Assembly (NCBI RefSeq): GCF_006345805.1
Contig: NW_021835658.1
Coordinates: forward strand, 1-35,617
DNA length: 35,617 nucleotides
DNA from: Octopus sinensis
Taxonomy: Eukaryota
Direction of reading: 5' to 3'
The position numbers were made by a program, and so were the translations under genes. This document shows positions 1 through 10,638 of the stretch, in pieces (position 1 is the stretch's first letter; each line of letters starts with the position of its first letter). The notes beneath the pieces are model-generated. The model saw nothing but the letters and a program-made list of their open reading frames with translations. It made no database searches and was not told the origin of the DNA.

Positions 1-677
1 ATTTGGTGAGTCAAATATGGCACAACATTATCTTTTAGTAGATTCCTATAACCTACACTATTTAGCTTTCTATCAATTTTAACTAGAGGGCCAACACCAA
101 AGCTACACCATCACACTCCCGCCCATGCTTGCGTCGTCTTTTTCACGCATTTCGGATGGAATCCCTCAGTTGGGCGACGTCTGACGTATATTTTACCATC
201 TGATCCAATACACAGAAGCGTGACTCGTCACTCCAAAGGATCCTGCACCAATCTTCAGCAGTCCATTGAGCATGGCTTTCTGCGAAATTAAGGCGTTTGA
301 GTCGATTTCTTTCGGATATTATTGGCTTTTTCCTAGCGATTCGTCAACGTAATCCAAATTCTCTCAAACGGTAGCGGACGGTTTGTGGTGTAAAAATAAC
401 ACCATTCTCGTTGGACAATTGTTTACAAATGTCAACGACTGCCAACATTCTGATGCTTTCCGAAAGTCGATGGATTCGACGGTCCAACTGCGCCGTCATT
501 TTTCTGGGGGCGCCAATCTTTATATTGACCAGTCTCCGAGTATAACTTCCACGCTTGCACGCAAGCCGTTTTACTGCACTTTAGTTGCTTGCCGATGTTC
601 GAAAAGGAAACTTTTTGCTGGTGGAGTAATATGATTTTTGCTTTTGTGACTGTACTGAGGCTACGTTGTTTTCCCAT
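1..677 (-). pseudogene. Degraded Tc1-family transposase, cut by the window start
   Basis: The minus-strand ORF at 677 reads MGKQRSLSTVTKAKIILLHQQKVSFSNIGKQLKCSKTAC (Tc1 paired-like HTH). Downstream frames give RIARKKPIISERNRLKRLNFA and ILWSDESRF (first catalytic Asp, about 213-243). Stops and frameshifts are present. Confidence 0.85.
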
Positions 678-1072
678 TATTAATCAATTGTATAATAACG
701 TTAAATTATAACACTACATAATGCAGTTAGGCTAGTTGTGTGACCACTCATTTTGGCAAAAAATTTGCATACATATTACATGGCCTTAAACTAATTTTGC
801 CTGTAAATTTGAAGCGTTTATTAATTTAGCATTAGAATTCTTCAAGTTGTATGAAAATAGATATTGTCTGCATTATTCGAAAGAGAAATAAATTCTTCAC
901 AAGGTGTAAAAGATAAAAATAATTTGTATGGTGTTAGTAGCAAAATATTTTGTAAGAAAAAGAACTTTTATCATCGGTCTTAAATTTATTTTGCCAAGAA
1001 ACCGGTTCTTTCTCTTATTGGCAAGAAATCTTGAAATAACTGAATATTGGAGTATATACTTATTCTTTTCTT

Positions 1073-1290
1073 CTTTTACTTGATTCAGTCGTTTGACTGT
1101 GGCCATGCTGGAGCAGCACCTTGAAGGGATTTAGTCGAGCAAATCAACACAAAGGCTTATTCCCTAAGCCGAGTAATTATTTCATTTGTCTTTGGCCAAA
1201 CCGCTAAGTTACAGGGACGTAAACACACCAGCACCAGTTCTAAATCGGTGATGGGTTTGGGCAAACACAAACACACATACACACACATGG
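1073..1290 (-). mobile_element. SINE family A, 3' fragment
   Basis: Matches the 3' half of the full copy at 31515-31964 (ggccatgctggagc...agtcgagcaaatc...gacgtaaacacacc). Confidence 0.8.
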
Positions 1291-1294
1291 ATAT

Positions 1295-1521
<227 letters not shown>

Positions 1522-2169
1522 CTATATATCTACATGGATATACATACGTATATATAGATAGGTGGACGGATGAGGGACCAAACAGAATAAAGGCTTAGGA
1601 ACCAGACGAAATAACGATTAATAATAACAGAAAAATAATAATACATATAAAAAAATGTCTGAGGGCTGCAAGACAGACGAAAGTCAACCAATGGGAAAGA
1701 GAAATAGGAAGAATCCTAAAGGACTATAGACACGGGAAGGTTATAGCGAGAAGCAAGGGAATCGTGATCCGTCTGGTCCAAGGCAACGCGAAAAAGAATG
1801 ACACTACCTTAGGTCGTCACGGGTCACGTGGTGTGATGAGGGTAACAAGGAGGGGAATATAACTATAATAATATGGCATAATAATATATATACTCCAATT
1901 TGAAGCAACAGTTTTTAAATATAAACAAATGGCCGAAAAATAATGAGCTGGCCCTAGCTAAAATCGAACCCACAAATCAACGCTAACACGGCTCCTTGCG
2001 CATCCTTTCTGGTTTGTATACAAACATATATGTATACATATTTAAACATACATGCATAAATACATATATACGTACGTACACACACACACACACACTGACA
2101 TACACAAACATGTTTATATATATACACATATTTGTATAGGCATTTAGGTATGTATATGAAGATAGTGAA

Positions 2170-2395
2170 AGCTTGTGGCCTATTGATTAAGGTTTTGCAC
2201 TCAGGATCGCAAGGGCGTGGTTTCGATGGATTGTAACGTCCGGTCTGCTGAGTTCTTGAACAAAACACTTGCCGTGGCTCCTCGATTACTCTCACACATG
2301 ACGAGCAGTACACCGTACACCTGTTTAAGAAATGTCGATTCAATGGAGGGAATGAGCTAATATGCAGACACAATCATGTCATCACTATAGACAAA
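2170..2395 (+). mobile_element. Old tRNA-derived SINE, degraded
   Basis: Has an A-box-like tggcctattga and a B-box-like ggtttcgat, followed by gttcttgaacaaaacactt, which resembles the body of the SINEs at 14187-14505 and 15125-15420. Boundaries are approximate. Confidence 0.55.
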
Positions 2396-2477
2396 ACATA
2401 TATATATATATATAATATAATATATATGATATATATATATATATATATGTGTGTCGGTGTGTGTGTATATATATATG

Positions 2478-2508
<31 letters not shown>

Positions 2509-3035
2509 TTGTACATATATATATATGTATATATATATATACATATGTATATATTATATACTATCTATATATGTACACAACACACCACATATATATATAT
2601 ATACATATATATAACACACACACACACACATATGTAGTATATATATATATATACATATATGTATAATATTATATATATAGCATATATATATATGTTTATA
2701 TATATATAACATATAATATAGTATATATATTATATATATGCATATATATATTTATACCCACATATACATATACACGTATATATATGTAAATGTATATATC
2801 AACTCTCTCCTCTCTCTCCTCTCTATATATATATATATATATATAATATGGGCATATGGACGTAGATAATTAGACACGCGCGCACAAACACACAAACATA
2901 TCTGTATATGTGTGTGCTTCTGTATGTATATATATATATATATATATATGTAGGTCCCGGGTTGATTCGGGGTTAACCACAGTAAATAAGGTACTCAATA
3001 CATAGCAGAGTAAAATTAATTTATTATATAGAAGG

Positions 3036-3086
3036 AGCTACTACAGGACTAGAACTGTTTCATTCAAGAGAAATCTTCAGGAAGCT
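3036..3086 (-). ncRNA. Type I hammerhead ribozyme motif (inverted arm of PLE family B)
   Basis: Reverse complement reads agcttc CTGAAGA tttc-tctt-gaat GAAA cag-ttctagtc-ctg TA gtagct. Stem I has one mismatch. Confidence 0.7.
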
Positions 3087-3603
3087 AGTTAACAAGAATT
3101 GTATTGGCATTTATACATTTAGGCAGGTTTAAAGGGGTGTTGGTGGGGGACTTTTTGGGGGTAGGCATAGCGCAAAATATCATACTTGGGGGAGTGGTCA
3201 AGGAGTCAGTGTTAAATTAGATAGAAGAATAATAAAAAAAAAAAATAATAAAAATAATAAAAAAAATCTATAGGTAACTCCACGTACACATACTTAATAT
3301 TTATTATTTTTTGAGTATGCATGTACGAATAACTGCGCGTATATATATTTTACTATTTACTTATTTTTTGAGTATGCATGTAAGTATGAATATAAGGAGG
3401 CGCGCGTGTGTGTGTGTATGTTAAGCATAGATATATGTACTTTTACGCATGTGTGTACTTATGTGTATATATGGATGCGCGCGCGGTGTGTTGTGTGTAT
3501 GGGTACGCATGTACATGTGTATGTGCGTGTAGTGTATATATATGTAGTTGTGTTATGCGTATGTGTGTGTATATATATATATATATATGTGTATAATATG
3601 TGA

Positions 3604-3650
<47 letters not shown>

Positions 3651-4058
3651 ATTTGTATGTAGTGTATATGTATGTGTGTGTATTTATATTTATTGGTGTA
3701 ATATATAGACTAGCCTTCTAAGAGTGTAGACATGAATCTGTAGGTACGCGTACGTATGTGTTATACGTGAATGTATGTAGATGTATGTATGTATGAATAT
3801 AACGCGTGCGTGCGTGTATGTGTATGAGTGTGCGAATGAGTGAGTGTACGTGCTAAAGAGTGTGCGTGAGTGAATGAGTGCTTGTTTCCAGTAGACAGAT
3901 AAATGGACTGGCTGTCATAGCCAAGATGTTTGTGACCAAGCGGCCAAAGATAACAAAGTAATAAACGAAGATAATAAAATTAAAATTAGGGAATGGGTCT
4001 GTATTTGTATGTGTATATATATGTGTGTATGTGTAGGTATGCATAGGTACACATATGT

Positions 4059-4089
<31 letters not shown>

Positions 4090-4702
4090 CACATGTATGG
4101 TATTGTATGTATGTGTGTGTATATGTGTGTGTATGTGTTATATGTGTATATAGGGACTAGTGTGCTGTGTGTGCATGTGTGTGTGTGGATATGTTGTGTA
4201 TGCGTGCATGTGAGTATGTGTGTGTATGTGTATATATATTTTTCTGTGCGTATATGTATGTGTGGTCGTTGTGTATATATACATGTGTGTATACGTGTAT
4301 GCATGTGAGTGTGTGTATGTATACATATATGTGTATGTGTAATATGTATATGTATGTGTATGTGTAAGTGTATATATATGTATATATATGTGTGTGTATG
4401 TATGTGTGTATGTATATGTATATATGTTTGTATGTGTGTGTATGTATGTATACATGTGTGCATAGGTATAAGTGAGAATCTCCTTATTTACCTAAAACTC
4501 TATTCCCCTTTTTTTATATATATATTTTTTTTTATTTTTTTATTTTTTTATTTTTTTATTTATTCTTCTATCTAATTTAACACTGATCTTGACCACTCCC
4601 CCAAGTATGATATTTTGCGCTATGCCTACCCCCAAAAAGTCCCCCACCAACCCCCTTTAAACCTGCCTAAATGTATAAATGCCAATACAATTCTTGTTAA
4701 CT

Positions 4703-4753
4703 AGCTTCCTGAAGATTTCTCTTGAATGAAACAGTTCTAGTCCTGTAGAAGCT
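4703..4753 (+). ncRNA. Type I hammerhead ribozyme motif (sense arm of PLE family B)
   Basis: AGCTTC-CTGAAGA-tttc tctt gaat-GAAA-CAG ttctagtc CTG-TA-GAAGCT. This gives a 6-bp stem I, the CUGANGA and GAAA core, a 3-bp stem III and a GUA cleavage triplet. The basal pair of stem II is a T-T mismatch. Confidence 0.75.
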
Positions 4754-4970
4754 CCTTCTATATAATAAATATATATATATATATAAAATATTATATATAT
4801 ATTATATGTACATATCTATATATGTATATATATATATACATATATATATATGCATGTATATATGCATATGTTTTATTTTATTTATTAATATATATAACAT
4901 TATAGAAGCCTATATATATATATATATATATATTAATAATATAAGATACAAGCATATATATATATATGTT

Positions 4971-5003
<33 letters not shown>

Positions 5004-5830
5004 TATATATATCTATATATATATATATGTATGTATATATATATATATATTTATACGATCATATGGGCGTAGATAATTAGATAATTCAAGATGCTCTTAA
5101 GCTTAGTTGTGCAAATATGTACTAATTTAAAATTGTCTTTTAAAAAATATCTTGTATTGATGGTAGGTGGGGAAGTGTTTATCTATAAACACTGAACAAC
5201 TTTTTTCTATATATTAGATTTAACATAACGTGAAAAGTGTTGAGTGGACTGAAACGTATTTCTACACTTCTTCATAGTTTTTCAGGGGGGGTGCGGATGA
5301 GGATTAGACGAGTTGCTCTTAGTAGAAAATCCACTAGTGTATAGAGCATTAATGTAGAAGAAGCATGCGCACATGCATTAATACACACACATACAGACAC
5401 ACACACACACACTGACTCTCTCTCACTGTCACACACACAGACACACAGACACACAGACACACGTGTTTGTATATAGACATGTACATAGAAACATATATAT
5501 ATGCGCATGCGAAAATACATACTTAGAGAGATTAAAATCTGTTATCTACTCCAGTTATCTATGAACTGATGTTGTACAACACGTTGCCTTCCCTCGGGGC
5601 ATGTCTCTGACAAATTATGCACTTCTTTTCTAATCATGAATTGCTTAAGGCATATATCCTTATGTGATGTAGAGAGTAGCTTAGCTTTTTTAATGACTAA
5701 TTTGATATGACACGCTATAAACACAACATGTATATATTTGTATTTGCATCTATGCTTGTACAGATACATTTTCGTGCGTCTGTATTTCCATTTAACTACC
5801 TCTCTCTCTCCCGCTCTTTCTCTATGTATG

Positions 5831-5899
<69 letters not shown>

Positions 5900-6118
5900 A
5901 TCTATTTTACTGTTTGTCTGTTTATCGCAATAGCTCGACATACATATGCGCATACATATATGCCTCGTAAGGCAACTGCCCCCACGTAAGTAGACGCTCA
6001 GATAATTATATGTATGTATATATGCACATACACACACACATACATGCACGCACACATATATATGTATACCTTCGTATATATATATATATATATATAGTGT
6101 ATATATATATATAGGTAT

Positions 6119-6286
6119 ATATTTGCATGGTCACACACATATACATGTACATAAAGTTATAGAGGGATTTATATATAATATATATATATATATATTATAT
6201 ATATATATATATATTATACATATCTACATATATATAAATCCCTCTATACCTTTATGTACATATATATGTGTGTGACCATGCAAATA
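6119..6286. repeat. Fold-back inverted repeat with ~58-bp arms around a (TA)n spacer
   Basis: atatttgcatggtcacacac...tatagagggatttatatat (6119-6176) is the near-exact reverse complement of 6229-6286. Confidence 0.85.
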
Positions 6287-6675
6287 TTTATATATATATA
6301 TACCTATATATATATGAGTATATATATATACCTATATATATATATATGAGTATATATATATATATATATATATACATATATATCATATATGCATATATAT
6401 ATATACATACACACACACAAACACACTCACACGTGTACACACAAACACATAAAGACATCTACACATTATAGATGCCGTGGCAGACATGTGTACGTAAATT
6501 ATTGTGTCTACAATCTTTCCCATTATTTTCAATAAATATGTATTGCAAAATGAACAGTTTTAAGGCAAAACATTCATATTAGTCAAGTAAAAAACAGATC
6601 TCTTGTTACATTTATAGGAATTTACGCCACAATTGCTCTCTAATGAATGCAATATGTAAAACGTCTTATGCCTAT

Positions 6676-6785
6676 AAGGCGGCAAGCTGGTAGAATCGTT
6701 AGCACGCCGAGAAAATTGCTTGAGAGCATTTCGTCCGTGTTTACGTTCTGAGTTCAAACTCCGCTGAGGTCGACTTTGCCTTTCA
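6676..6785 (+). mobile_element. SINE family B, 5' fragment
   Basis: aaggcggcaagctggtagaatcgttagcacgcc...gttctgagttcaaactccgctgaggtcgactttgcctttca matches the copy at 8004. Confidence 0.85.
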
Positions 6786-7121
6786 GGTCTTCAGATTTCT
6801 TTCGACAGATTCAACACGGCTAAAAAAGAAGTTTGGTTTCTTGAGTCACTGCAGCTGTTAGTGCACTGCTGGATGCGGCCGCAAATAATTTTATTATTAC
6901 ATTTGTTTTATCGGCTTGGATTTCTGTTCTCCAATTGTGTGGGGGAAAGGAACCATTGTTGCCTTAGAAGGTGATACAGTTATTGTGATGGCTGGACTTT
7001 GTGGAGTTAGGATAAGGAGAAGGTTTGGTGTGGTTGCATCTGTTGGCGGGGGGTCACATACACAATATCACCACCTTTCTTAGTGCCACTATATTTACTA
7101 ATGGAGCGTCTAGTTCCCGAT

Positions 7122-7427
7122 TTTTATGTGCCTTTTCAAGCCTAGCCTGGCTCATGGGCCCGGTTTCCCGGTTTCTATGGTGTATGTGTTTACCCCAGCT
7201 GAACGGGACGCCAGTCCATCGCAGCGTTACTCAAGAAACAGGAAGAAAGAGTGAGAGAAAGTTGCGGCGAAAGAGTACAACAGGGGTCGCCACCATCCCC
7301 TACCGGAGCTTTGTGGAGCTTTAGGTGTTTTCGCTCAATAAACACACAACGCCCGGTTTGGGAATCGAAACCGCGATCCTCCGACCGCGAGTCCTCTGCC
7401 CTAACCACTGGGCCATTGCGCCTCCAC
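7122..7427 (-). mobile_element. Full-length tRNA-derived SINE (family C) with a 13-bp TSD
   Basis: The head reads ggaggcgcaatggcccagtggttagg...ggtttcgattccc (A and B boxes). The central gctgcgatggactggcgtcccgtt resembles the V-SINE domain. The TSD tctagttcccgat is at 7109-7121 and 7428-7440. Confidence 0.9.
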
Positions 7428-7994
7428 TCTAGTTCCCGATAGGTGGGTAAAAGAGCTGCTTTGTTGCAAACATATTCTTTCATGAAGAGAATAGCAGCAG
7501 ATATTGGGATTCTGTTTTATTTGTGTAAGTGGAGAGTCATGTAGTTGTCTATTCATGGATGTTCCATAGTTGATGCGTCTAGTTCTTGGGAGGTGAGTAA
7601 AAAGACAGTCTTGTCGCAAACACATCCTCTCACGCAGGGAACAACGGCAGATTTTTTGGTTCCGTGTTGTTTGTGAGGGTGGGATATGTGACAATTGTTT
7701 GTTTATGGAAGAGTTAGAGGTGAATGATTCTTGGAATAATGTGGTACGGCTTGTTCCTGGTGAAATTGGTTGGACTGAGATGTTAGTCATCCTTTTGCTG
7801 GGTTGTAACGGTGAAGGACCGGTAAGGGTTGTGGTGGCGGAGACAGTAGTAGCAGCTGATGACGACGGCACTAGCATCGATAATAATGGTGGTGGTGCTA
7901 CTGGTGGTGACGATGGCGATGGCAGCGATGTTGCTTGTGATGATGATGATGGTGATGGCAGTGGTATTGTTGGTGATGGGTATGAGGAATTGGT

Positions 7995-8236
7995 GATAGG
8001 TTTAAGGCGGCGAGCTGGCAGAATCGTTAGCACGCCGGGCGAAATGCTCAGCGGTATTTCGTCTGCCGCTACGTTCTGAGTTCAAATTCCGCCGAGGTCG
8101 ACTTTGCCTTTCATCCTTTCGGGGTCGATTAAATAAGTACCAGTTATGCACTGAGGTCGATATAATCGATTTAATCCGTTTGTCTGTCCTTGTTTGTCCT
8201 CTCTGTGTTTAGCCCCTTGTGGGTAATAAAGAAATA
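7995..8236 (+). mobile_element. Full-length tRNA-derived SINE (family B) with a 16-bp TSD
   Basis: The head starts at 8004 (aaggcggcgagctggcagaatcgttagc...gagttcaaattcc) and the central region is gcctttcatcctttcggggtcgattaaataagtacc. The direct repeat ggtatgaggaattggt is at 7979-7994 and 8237-8252. Nine extra nucleotides precede the head. Confidence 0.9.
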
Positions 8237-8751
8237 GGTATGAGGAATTGGTTGTCACGGTAATCATGGAGTGAGCAGATTTTGGTATGTGGGCATTAGT
8301 AGGTCGGAAAGTTAACAGATCACAGTTAGCGGTCGATTATTTTTGTTTAGCAGAATCGGCGAATATTGAATGGAGTATTGTACGATGCTCCTTAACGAGG
8401 TGGTAGGATTTCGAAAAATGCTTTAGTTTAGATTCCACTTGTTTAGTTGTTCGATTGTCAAAAAGCGGAACGATTTTAGAAGCAACGTCACTGACGCATG
8501 ACATTTGTGTGTTGGCTTTTTGCGAAAGGTCAAGCCGGCTGTTGAGTAGAACAGTAACTTCATTCTCTGTCCAGTGAAGTCTCTTTCGGGCTATTTTGCT
8601 CAGGGTGATAGTAGTTGCTGACTCGTTTTACTAGTCCATGATTTAGGTGGATTTTCTCTGCCCCACGCCACTACTAAAAGACGGAAAAAAATTAATATTG
8701 AAAGTGAAGGGTGTCTGAGTTTTGCGAAATAGTGTGATAATTTAAAATGTA

Positions 8752-9514
8752 TCTCTATATATATAAAAGGCAAGTTGTCTGTCTGTGTGTCTGTGTGTCT
8801 GTCAGGTAGTACCCTCACCCTGACCACGGCTTTCAACCGATTCTGATGAAACTTGACACACACATAGCTCAATGTCATAATTCAAAACTACGGCAGCGAC
8901 AATTTTGAAAAGTTTCTCCAGTTCTGAAAAAATCGATAAATTCGACATGGGGTCGAGAATCTAAGCTTATCATATGCAACACATTTTCCGTTGTAGTTTT
9001 CGCAACTTGCAATCGATTTTCACCAAACTCATGGTGAAGCTTAATGTTACCCGAAGGAACTTAATTCTGTCGTTAGTTTTCCATGCAATACCTTACCATC
9101 AGAAAAAATCGATAAAATCATGCCATTTTGGGAAATCGCGTTCAAATTCAAGTTGACATATTTTCGACAATATCTTTAACAAATTGGCAGGAATTTTTTT
9201 TTAAAATTCACAGCGAGCATCATGTCTGCTCCAAGGAGCTATATGGCCCTTTTGATTCCAATAGGATACGTTATTACTGGAAAAAACCGCAGAACTGGGT
9301 TGAATGTGCTAAACAAAACCAGAAAATGCACTTTGAATGTTATAGATTTTCTTCATGCATGCAAGGGAACGGTGCCTTGAATGCCTTAATGCCTTTTAGG
9401 CTTCATTTTACAAAATAACGGTTCAATGAGTACAAAAAAGGGTAAAAAGGTAAAGGGCATTGCTTATCGACAAAGTTTCTTACATACCCTGGCAACGCCG
9501 GGCTATGCTGCTAG
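8752..9514 (+). mobile_element. Non-autonomous Helitron
   Basis: The 5' end is TCTCTATATATATAAAAG after an A at 8751. A 3' hairpin ccctggc-aac-gccggg (9487-9502) is followed by CTAG (9511-9514) and a T at 9515, i.e. an A|T target with no TSD. Confidence 0.85.
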
Positions 9515-10043
9515 TAATCTTATAAATGTGACCGTTAGTTTTAAACTGAAATATACAAGTGGAAAGACATGGTGATAGTAATTGCTGTAAAGTGGTTTTA
9601 TTCTGTGTGTTATGTGTCTTTTCCTTCGCTCGATTTGCTAGTCAATAATCTAGGTGGTATTTCTTTTCCTCTATGTGATGGAGAAAAGATGATTTCGAAA
9701 GTGAAGGGTGCTTGAGTTTTGCGAAGTTTTGTGATAGCTTTCTATGTATAATGTTGTATCTGTGGCCGTTGGACTTAAACAGAGAGATTTAAACGGATAT
9801 ACGAGTGAAAAGTCGACGGTGTTTGTGTGAATTCTGACTGCTCAATGAATTTAATAAAATTACAGGATGCATGCATACGTGTGTATATATTTAATAAAAT
9901 CACAGGAGAAATTTACACTGTACCCACGATAAATTATTTGTTTTTCCACAATTTATTGCAGGCACAATGGGGTCAGATTTAAATTTCTGTTGGTTTCATA
10001 TCGCAACTTTCGCAAGAATGAGGAATTATACCCAAGGGTGTAA

Positions 10044-10134
10044 TAGAAGACACTTGTCCAAGGTGCCACGCAGTGGGACTGAATCCGGGGACCATGTGGT
10101 TGGTAAGCAAACTACTTACCAAACAGCCACTCCT
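10044..10134 (-). mobile_element. SINE family A, 5' (tRNA head and CORE-like) fragment
   Basis: Reverse complement reads aggagtggctgtttggtaag...ggattcagtcccactgcgtggcaccttggacaagtgtcttcta. Confidence 0.85.
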
Positions 10135-10204
10135 TCGTGCACACTCAGACACACATATACACACGAATACATATATATATAATATATAATATATATATAA
10201 TTAT

Positions 10205-10239
<35 letters not shown>

Positions 10240-10638
10240 TATATACTCTTTTACTCTTTACTGTTTCAGTCATTTGACTGCGGCCATGCTGGAGCACCAC
10301 CTTTAGTCGAGCAAATCGACCCCGGGACTTATTCTTTGTAAGCCCAGTACTTATTCCATCGGTCTCTTTTGCCGAACCGCTAAGTGACGAGGACGTAAAC
10401 ACACCAGCATCGGCTGTCAGGCAATGCTAGGGGGACAAACACAGACACACAAACACACACACACATACACACACACTTATATATATATACATATATACGA
10501 CAGGCTTCTTTCAGTTTCCGTCTACCAAATCCACTCACAAGGCTTTGGTCGGCCCGGGGCTATAGCAGAAGACACTTGCCCAATATGCCACGTAGTGGGA
10601 CTGAACCCGGAACCATGTGGTTTGTTAGCAAGCTACTT

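Larger units (their letters stand above)
2950..4770 (+). mobile_element. 5'-truncated Penelope-like element (family B) with inverted pseudo-LTR
   Basis: An ~240-bp inverted repeat spans 3019-~3255 and ~4525-4770, each arm carrying a hammerhead motif. The sense arm ends at AATAAA (4764-4769). The inverted arm extends ~69 nt further (2950-3018). Both ends abut (TA)n. The architecture matches the RT-bearing PLE at 16072-19603. No RT remains, so the class call rests on structure. Confidence 0.75.
7007..8609 (-). pseudogene. Interrupted reading frame (~340 codons after removing two SINEs) with a Myb/SANT-like N-terminus and two CCCH-like repeats; probably a transposon ORF remnant
   Basis: The frame reads ITLSKIARKRLHWTENEVTVLL...FDNRTTKQVESKLKHF, has one in-frame TAA at 8337-8339, and stays in frame across both SINE excisions. 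It contains ICRCSLRERMCLRQDCLFTHL (7590-7652) and ICCYSLHERICLQQSSSFTHL (7441-7502). Domain names come from visual motif recognition only. Confidence 0.55.

Noticed and set aside
1655-1700. Hammerhead-like ctgaggg...gacgaaag; also ctgatgaaac at ~8844 and a minus-strand ctgatga at ~35545
   Set aside because: The core is incomplete or the flanking stems I and III cannot form.
2853-5081. 22-nt direct repeat catatgg(a/g)cgtagataattaga at 2853-2874 and 5060-5081 as a TSD of PLE family B
   Set aside because: The copies lie 75-290 nt away from the element ends, so they are not a TSD. At most this is a small older duplication.
5542-5700. EGRQRVVQHQFIDNW on the minus strand, faintly like a tyrosine-phosphatase WPD-loop lead-in, with a nearby gtatgt donor-like site
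   Set aside because: The frame stops (TAA at 5542) before the donor, the WPD motif is absent, and the similarity is too short. It would need RNA-seq or tBLASTn support.
9950-10043. Possible small exon after a strong acceptor-like tttattgcag
   Set aside because: No convincing donor and no recognisable peptide; it cannot be supported from sequence alone.
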